DNA from: a virus
Virus record (IMG/VR): IMGVR_UViG_3300028800_000073
Coordinates: 1 to 64,000 of that record
Reading direction: 5' to 3' (one strand)
DNA: 64,000 bases
The notes under the pieces were generated by a model. That model saw nothing but the letters and a program-made list of their open reading frames with translations. It did no database searches and had not been told where the DNA came from. Both the position numbers and the translations under genes were made by a program. Positions 59,088 to 64,000 of this stretch are shown here, in pieces (positions within the stretch are counted from its first letter, which is position 1; each line of letters opens with the position of its first letter).

Positions 59088-59770
59088 GGTGTTCCTTAGT
59101 ATTTGAGGAAGTTATTAGCTTCCTCTTCGGTGATATACTTGATACGGGGATTCGTGTACGTACACTCAGCATCCGTCTCCGGGCCGTCCATTGTCTCGTA
59201 GTGGTCCCATACGATTGAGACGTCAATAACGACTTCAGCAAAGAATTCACCGCCACGTGGTTCCTGAAATACGTCTTCGAGGATGTCATCGATGTCGTTC
59301 TCGAATTCCTCATCGATCCAGTCATACGTTAGATCCGAGAGGAATCCCCCGGTGAAGTGTTCCTGGAAGTACACCTCATAGTCTCTGTTACCCTCACTAT
59401 CAATATAACTATGAATGATCCAGCGCAGTACAGCGCTGTGCTCAGGCTTTGGCGCAGGCATTTTTCTCGTCGCTCCATCCATATGAGAGGTCCCACCACA
59501 TGAATTCTTGGTCACACTTGCTCTTAGACCATCCAAGACGCTTCTTCAGATGAGCAGTAAACCACTTCTTAAACGATGTCCGCTGCTTATCGGTCCAGGT
59601 ATGCTGGGTGTACCACTTCTCGGTCTTACAGTACTCCGGGGAGTAGGTAAGCCCAACGATCTTGAATTGCTTAGTCATTAATTCATCTATGATAGCTCGA
59701 TCAACCATGCTTGGTCCTTGTGGGGTATATACCTTATATGAAAGACAATACTCAGTGATAGCATCCCAGC

Positions 59771-61609
59771 ATGTTTAAACATCTTACTGGTCTATCCAAC
59801 TACGTCGTATCCACCATTGTCTCGGCTAAGCGATTGATGCTTTTTGCACTCATCGCCTTAACAATGCTCGCCCCAGCTAAAGCGGATGCTGCTGTGTCTA
59901 CGTGGGTAGCGGCCGGTAGTACAAGTAACTTCAGCGATAACCTCAATTGGGATGCGCCGCCAACACCGGATTGCGACTTAGTCTTCGCAGCTAACGCTTT
60001 CGCTTCTAAGGGAGCACCAGTTAACGATCTCGTTGGGCTAGACGTTAACGCTATCAACATCTATGAGGCCTATAACATCACTGGTAACGCTATTACCTGC
60101 AAGGTCATCAACGATAACAACGCAACCATTGCTACAGTCAACCTACCGATTAGCACCTTTGGATCGGCAGTACTGACTGTTACGGTAACCACTGCTGGAG
60201 CAACTCTTAACCTCCCCGGCATCCTGTCCGGTGCTGGCCCGGCTACCTACGGTGGTCCCGGTACTACGCGTCTCTGCGGTACAGTTAATAACACTTTGTC
60301 CGGTCTGACAAGTGTAGCCATGGGCAACCTACTCATCGATAGCGCTGCTCCAGAGGCTATCGCGGGGCCAATGATCATCGATAGCGGTGCTATAGCGACT
60401 ATCAAAACTGCCCCAGGTATCAAGAACTCAGTAGCAGTCATCGTCAATGGAACCCTCGATCTATCGCCTGCCGTAGGCAATGAGGGTACCGATACTGAGA
60501 CCATAGGGGGCTTATCAGGAAACGGGGTAGTCAATCTTGGTGCAGCCACCTTAGGTTGTACCGCTCAAGCCAGCCCGACTAACTACCTAGGTAGTTTCAT
60601 CGGAACCGGTAGTTTTCGCCAATCCATCAGTGGCACACAGATCCTTAGTGGAAACGCCTCGTCGAGTACGGGACCAACTGTCGTGGCTGGTGGTGAACTC
60701 CATATATGGGGCGTACAAACTGCCTCTCCAGTGGTTGTCACTTCAGGAACACTCCTACTGGCTAACGATAGTTCTGTCGGTGATGTCACTCTTAGCGGTG
60801 GTAGTGTACTAACGTTTGATGAGACCATCACTGCGATGAACCTGCATAGTACTACGCCTAATCTTGTTGTAGGTAACGGGTCTACCTTTCATGTCACGAC
60901 TCGGGGTGCTCCTCCAACGTTGTACTCATACGTTACAACGGGATCCGCTGATGTTAGCGGTGCTCTGCTTACTATTGATACTACAACGTACGCCCCGGCG
61001 CCGAACGCTGTTATGATTATCATCGAGAATACCGGTGCTCCAGTTGTCGGTACGTTCTTGGGATTACCTGAAAACTCACAAGTAGCATCCTCAACGGATC
61101 CCACTGTGATCTTTACCATAAGCTATATCGGTGGTACCGGTAATAGCGTCACCTTAACCAGGGGGCTCCCGATTGCTGATGTAACGCCACCGGTTATATC
61201 AGCTATTACCACAAACACCCTTACCGTTAGTTCTACCAAGGTTTCTTGGTTAACCAATGAGGCCAGCGATACCCAGGTCCAATACGGCCTGACCAATGCC
61301 TATGGAACAGCAACAACCCTCAGCGCTGCTGCGGTTCTAACGCACAGTGCTACAATCGTCGGACTAGTTCCAGATACGATCTACCATTTCCGAGTGCTTA
61401 GCCGCGACTCCTCGGGAAACCTAGCAACCAGCGTTGATGGTACCTTTAAGTCAGCCGCCCCCGCACCTGTAGTACAGAATGACCCCAATACTGGTCGCAA
61501 GGACCAGTTCCAAGACGCCGTAGGTGGCTGTGGGGCCGGTGCTGCCGGCGTCTTGCTACTGGGGATGCTGTTCTCGCTACAAATGCGTGGGCGCAAGTCT
61601 AGACGCTAA
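59771..61609 (+). CDS. Secreted/surface protein: signal peptide, autotransporter-associated beta-strand repeats, FN3-like domain and Cys-containing C-terminal sorting signal
   Basis: AKADA|A signal; G.GT..L.G repeats, IGGLSGNG; DVTPPVIS...WLTNEASDTQVQYG...GLVPDTIYHFRV; GGCGAGAAG-TM-RGRKSRR. Confidence 0.8.
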   Translation: MFKHLTGLSNYVVSTIVSAKRLMLFALIALTMLAPAKADAAVSTWVAAGSTSNFSDNLNWDAPPTPDCDLVFAANAFASKGAPVNDLVGLDVNAINIYEAYNITGNAITCKVINDNNATIATVNLPISTFGSAVLTVTVTTAGATLNLPGILSGAGPATYGGPGTTRLCGTVNNTLSGLTSVAMGNLLIDSAAPEAIAGPMIIDSGAIATIKTAPGIKNSVAVIVNGTLDLSPAVGNEGTDTETIGGLSGNGVVNLGAATLGCTAQASPTNYLGSFIGTGSFRQSISGTQILSGNASSSTGPTVVAGGELHIWGVQTASPVVVTSGTLLLANDSSVGDVTLSGGSVLTFDETITAMNLHSTTPNLVVGNGSTFHVTTRGAPPTLYSYVTTGSADVSGALLTIDTTTYAPAPNAVMIIIENTGAPVVGTFLGLPENSQVASSTDPTVIFTISYIGGTGNSVTLTRGLPIADVTPPVISAITTNTLTVSSTKVSWLTNEASDTQVQYGLTNAYGTATTLSAAAVLTHSATIVGLVPDTIYHFRVLSRDSSGNLATSVDGTFKSAAPAPVVQNDPNTGRKDQFQDAVGGCGAGAAGVLLLGMLFSLQMRGRKSRR

Positions 61610-61853
61610 CTATACTACGCAGCCGAACCTATCGAATACAGCACGCTTACGCTTTATTCGATAGGTTTCATTACTATTGTTGCCGCTTATAGAAAGGATG
61701 GTCCAGCTTTTGTCCCTGGGTGTCTGCACATGCTGAACCCCCTCTGTGCCATCCAAGAAGTCTAGGGCACAGATAAAGCCTTCTCTGAACTCCCGGTTAC
61801 AGTTATCCAATTCCACCATCGTTAATCCGCTCATTAATGCCGCATGCGGATCT

Positions 61854-63053
61854 TTACTCATCATCACCCTTAGCCGCCAAATAGGCCTTCGAGCGGTACT
61901 TCAGAATCAGACGACCGCCGAGTTCTTCGGAGCGCTGTTCCACCATGGGGTGGATAACGATACCCTCTTCGAGACAGTTCCCCTTCTTGTTGAGGATGCT
62001 CTTCTGTTCAGCAGCCTTCTCGACTGATGGCAGACTCAGGTACTTCAGCCACTCCGATAGCTTGATGTTCTGGGCCAGTATCGGTACCAAGTACTGCGTG
62101 TAACCGAATCCAGTTAGTACATGATTGATCTCATCGATATTAAGGAACTTGTCCCCGACTCTGATATCGAAGATGTAGCCCTTGTACTCGTCGAACCCAT
62201 AAATGTTGCCGCTGATACCACTAGTACCCTTATTCGAACCACAGGCCTCAAAATAGACAAGGGCGTCTTCACCGGATCCCAAATGAAGCTTCTTAGCTAG
62301 ATCAATGAATCCATGGGATTCAGCGATCTGCCATAGCGGATTGTTCTTGTCTTTCTCAATGGTGAACCGCCGCTGGTTCACGTAGATCTTACCTTTACGG
62401 CATAGCACCGCTGCGTTCTGGCCTTCAACCTTTAGTGAGATCCAGACTTCCTTGTCCATAAGGGACTCAGTGAGTTCCTTATAGCGGTTGCAGCCCTCGA
62501 TGTCGTAAACAGGCAACCCAAGTGTATTTAGGGGAATCAATACGCCGGGGGGCTTGCCGTAGAGCCACTTCGTGAAGCTGTAGCCAAACAGGGAGCGCAA
62601 AATCTTCTTATGCCAGGGCCAACGCTTGGTACGGCGATCCTGCTGCTCCGGTGTGTCCTTGATCTCGTTCTTACTCTCGGGATCGTGCTTCGTAATGCCC
62701 AGGAACTCCGTGATTTGTTCTGGAGTGGGGTTCTTCTTCTTAGCCAGGAGATCCTTGATCAAAGATAGATCAGTAGCGATGCCCTGGGAATAGGTACCTT
62801 TCAACTTGATGGTCTTCACACGATTTTTGGCGTGACCACCGAGCTTGCCCTGAAGACCCATCTTCTCTAGAACTGCGTCGGGGACAATGGCGTCTAAGGG
62901 AATGTAGACACATTCATCACCGACTTGGAATTGATCTTTAAGTACAACGAACGACAGGTCCATGCCCTTGAGCGTGGCCTTGACGATCTTGTCGGCACCC
63001 TTGATGGGTTCAATGGCACCGATGGTTTCTTTAGTTACTGCGAAGAACGACAT
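61854..63053 (-). CDS. RNA ligase, DRB0094/Rnl2-like with an N-terminal OB domain
   Basis: IEPIKGADKI, GDECVYIPLDA, YSQG, KVEG (motif I), YFEACG, FDI, EEGIVI and ILK. Confidence 0.85.
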   Translation of the reverse strand: MSFFAVTKETIGAIEPIKGADKIVKATLKGMDLSFVVLKDQFQVGDECVYIPLDAIVPDAVLEKMGLQGKLGGHAKNRVKTIKLKGTYSQGIATDLSLIKDLLAKKKNPTPEQITEFLGITKHDPESKNEIKDTPEQQDRRTKRWPWHKKILRSLFGYSFTKWLYGKPPGVLIPLNTLGLPVYDIEGCNRYKELTESLMDKEVWISLKVEGQNAAVLCRKGKIYVNQRRFTIEKDKNNPLWQIAESHGFIDLAKKLHLGSGEDALVYFEACGSNKGTSGISGNIYGFDEYKGYIFDIRVGDKFLNIDEINHVLTGFGYTQYLVPILAQNIKLSEWLKYLSLPSVEKAAEQKSILNKKGNCLEEGIVIHPMVEQRSEELGGRLILKYRSKAYLAAKGDDE

Positions 63054-63054
63054 A

Positions 63055-63333
63055 TTATGCGTCTCTCTTTTGGATTTTCTTATTGAACGAGGCTATTTGC
63101 CTCTTGGTTTTGGGGTACAAGTCATTGTCACGACACAAATGTTGATGTTGATATGCCAAATTGCATACCCGGCAGCCATGATCCTTGTTGCCTTCCCATG
63201 GTGGTGTTCCATCGGAGTTTCCAAAGGATCCGTTACAGCAATTGTTCCCGCATTCCGGACATGTGATATGGGCACCGCACTGACTGCACCACGACCATAG
63301 GAATAGGTTGTAAACCGCTTTACTCTCCGCCAT
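63055..63333 (-). CDS. Small Cys-rich protein
   Basis: CSQC, CPECGNNCCNG and CRVC. Confidence 0.6.
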   Translation of the reverse strand: MAESKAVYNLFLWSWCSQCGAHITCPECGNNCCNGSFGNSDGTPPWEGNKDHGCRVCNLAYQHQHLCRDNDLYPKTKRQIASFNKKIQKRDA

Positions 63334-63802
63334 TAGTTACTTTCTTGAGCCCTTCGCGAGCTATAGCGAGTTTTTCGAGTGCTTGATCCATTTCCAATAA
63401 AGCACGTTTAGCATAACTAACATGTTTCTCGGTATACGGTTTACCACCGTCAATTTTTGGTATACTTCTCATCAAGTTAGCCTGGCGTTCCTCTAATTCA
63501 TTCTTCCAGACTTTAACAGCAAAGGCTTTAGCAGTATGCTCGGAGTGGGTCCCCAATGCTGCTTGAGCGGCGATTTCAGCAACACGGAGTTCTTCCGTAG
63601 CCGCCTCTACGAATGCTATGTTATTAAGCACCGTTCCGCGTATCACTTCAGCGTAGGCCTCAGGATTTTTATAGCCATCCCGGAAATATTCGCTTCCCGG
63701 TTGGATATCCCAGGAACCGGTTATTTTCTTTAACACTTCTCGCTCAGCGTCATGTACGGCCCTGCGCCAAGCACTATCAGCTACTTGTTGTTTAGGGGTC
63801 AT
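63320..63802 (-). CDS. Hypothetical helical protein
   Basis: Likely ATG at 63802 (ATGA overlap with the upstream gene). Confidence 0.55.
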   Translation of the reverse strand: MTPKQQVADSAWRRAVHDAEREVLKKITGSWDIQPGSEYFRDGYKNPEAYAEVIRGTVLNNIAFVEAATEELRVAEIAAQAALGTHSEHTAKAFAVKVWKNELEERQANLMRSIPKIDGGKPYTEKHVSYAKRALLEMDQALEKLAIAREGLKKVTNGGE

Positions 63803-63999
63803 GAAAACAGTCCTTGTTGTTGTGACCACTCAGGTTTGACATAACCCAGTAGCTCCTTAGCGACTTCATACCAATCTACGAATGGGCGTCGGAAAGCAGC
63901 CCTCTCAACGAGGGGGCACCCAAATGCGGCATCATCGATATAAATATGGGCGTAAACCTTGGGGCTCTTGGTCCATGAATCCTGATCGGGATTATGGTT
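63799..63999 (-). CDS. HAD-like phosphatase (BT0820-like), 5'-truncated by the window edge
   Basis: Manual translation NPDQDSWTKSPKVYAHIYIDDAAFGCPL...PFVDW. Confidence 0.7.
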   Translation of the reverse strand, partial: NHNPDQDSWTKSPKVYAHIYIDDAAFGCPLVERAAFRRPFVDWYEVAKELLGYVKPEWSQQQGLFS

Positions 64000-64000
64000 T

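Noticed and set aside
1-64000. Stop-codon reassignment
   Set aside because: Long conserved genes are intact under the standard code, and TAA, TAG and TGA all end coupled genes.

Overview
This 64 kb window is a segment of a large tailed dsDNA bacteriophage genome. Genes are densely packed, often translationally coupled, and almost all on the minus strand. I saw no rRNA, tRNA, CRISPR array or integrase. About 1-28 kb is an accessory region of small genes, including tandem paralog arrays, a pilin-like protein, a protein with two HicB-like domains, a BCS1-type AAA ATPase, DUF932, dCMP deaminase, a metallophosphoesterase and RuvC. About 28-53 kb is a replication/recombination cluster: RecA-like, a probable SSB, a UDG-domain PolA, primase, a DnaB-like helicase, an SF2 helicase and SbcD/SbcC (Mre11/Rad50). 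The main finding is that this cluster contains two apparently complete ubiquitin-like conjugation modules, each with an E2-like protein, a JAB/MPN+ protease and a ThiF/E1. There are also two Ubl genes: a single-domain Ubl, and a three-domain poly-Ubl with a repeated TPLKVQGA processing site. Module A sits between sbcD and sbcC. Upstream is an AT-rich element with four repeats and a palindrome (candidate origin), beside a Zn-finger gene. The right end has a lone plus-strand terminase large subunit, an HNH gene, a plus-strand host-like surface protein and an RNA ligase. A Planctomycetota host is plausible but only inferred. All calls come from reading motifs by eye; no database searches were run.
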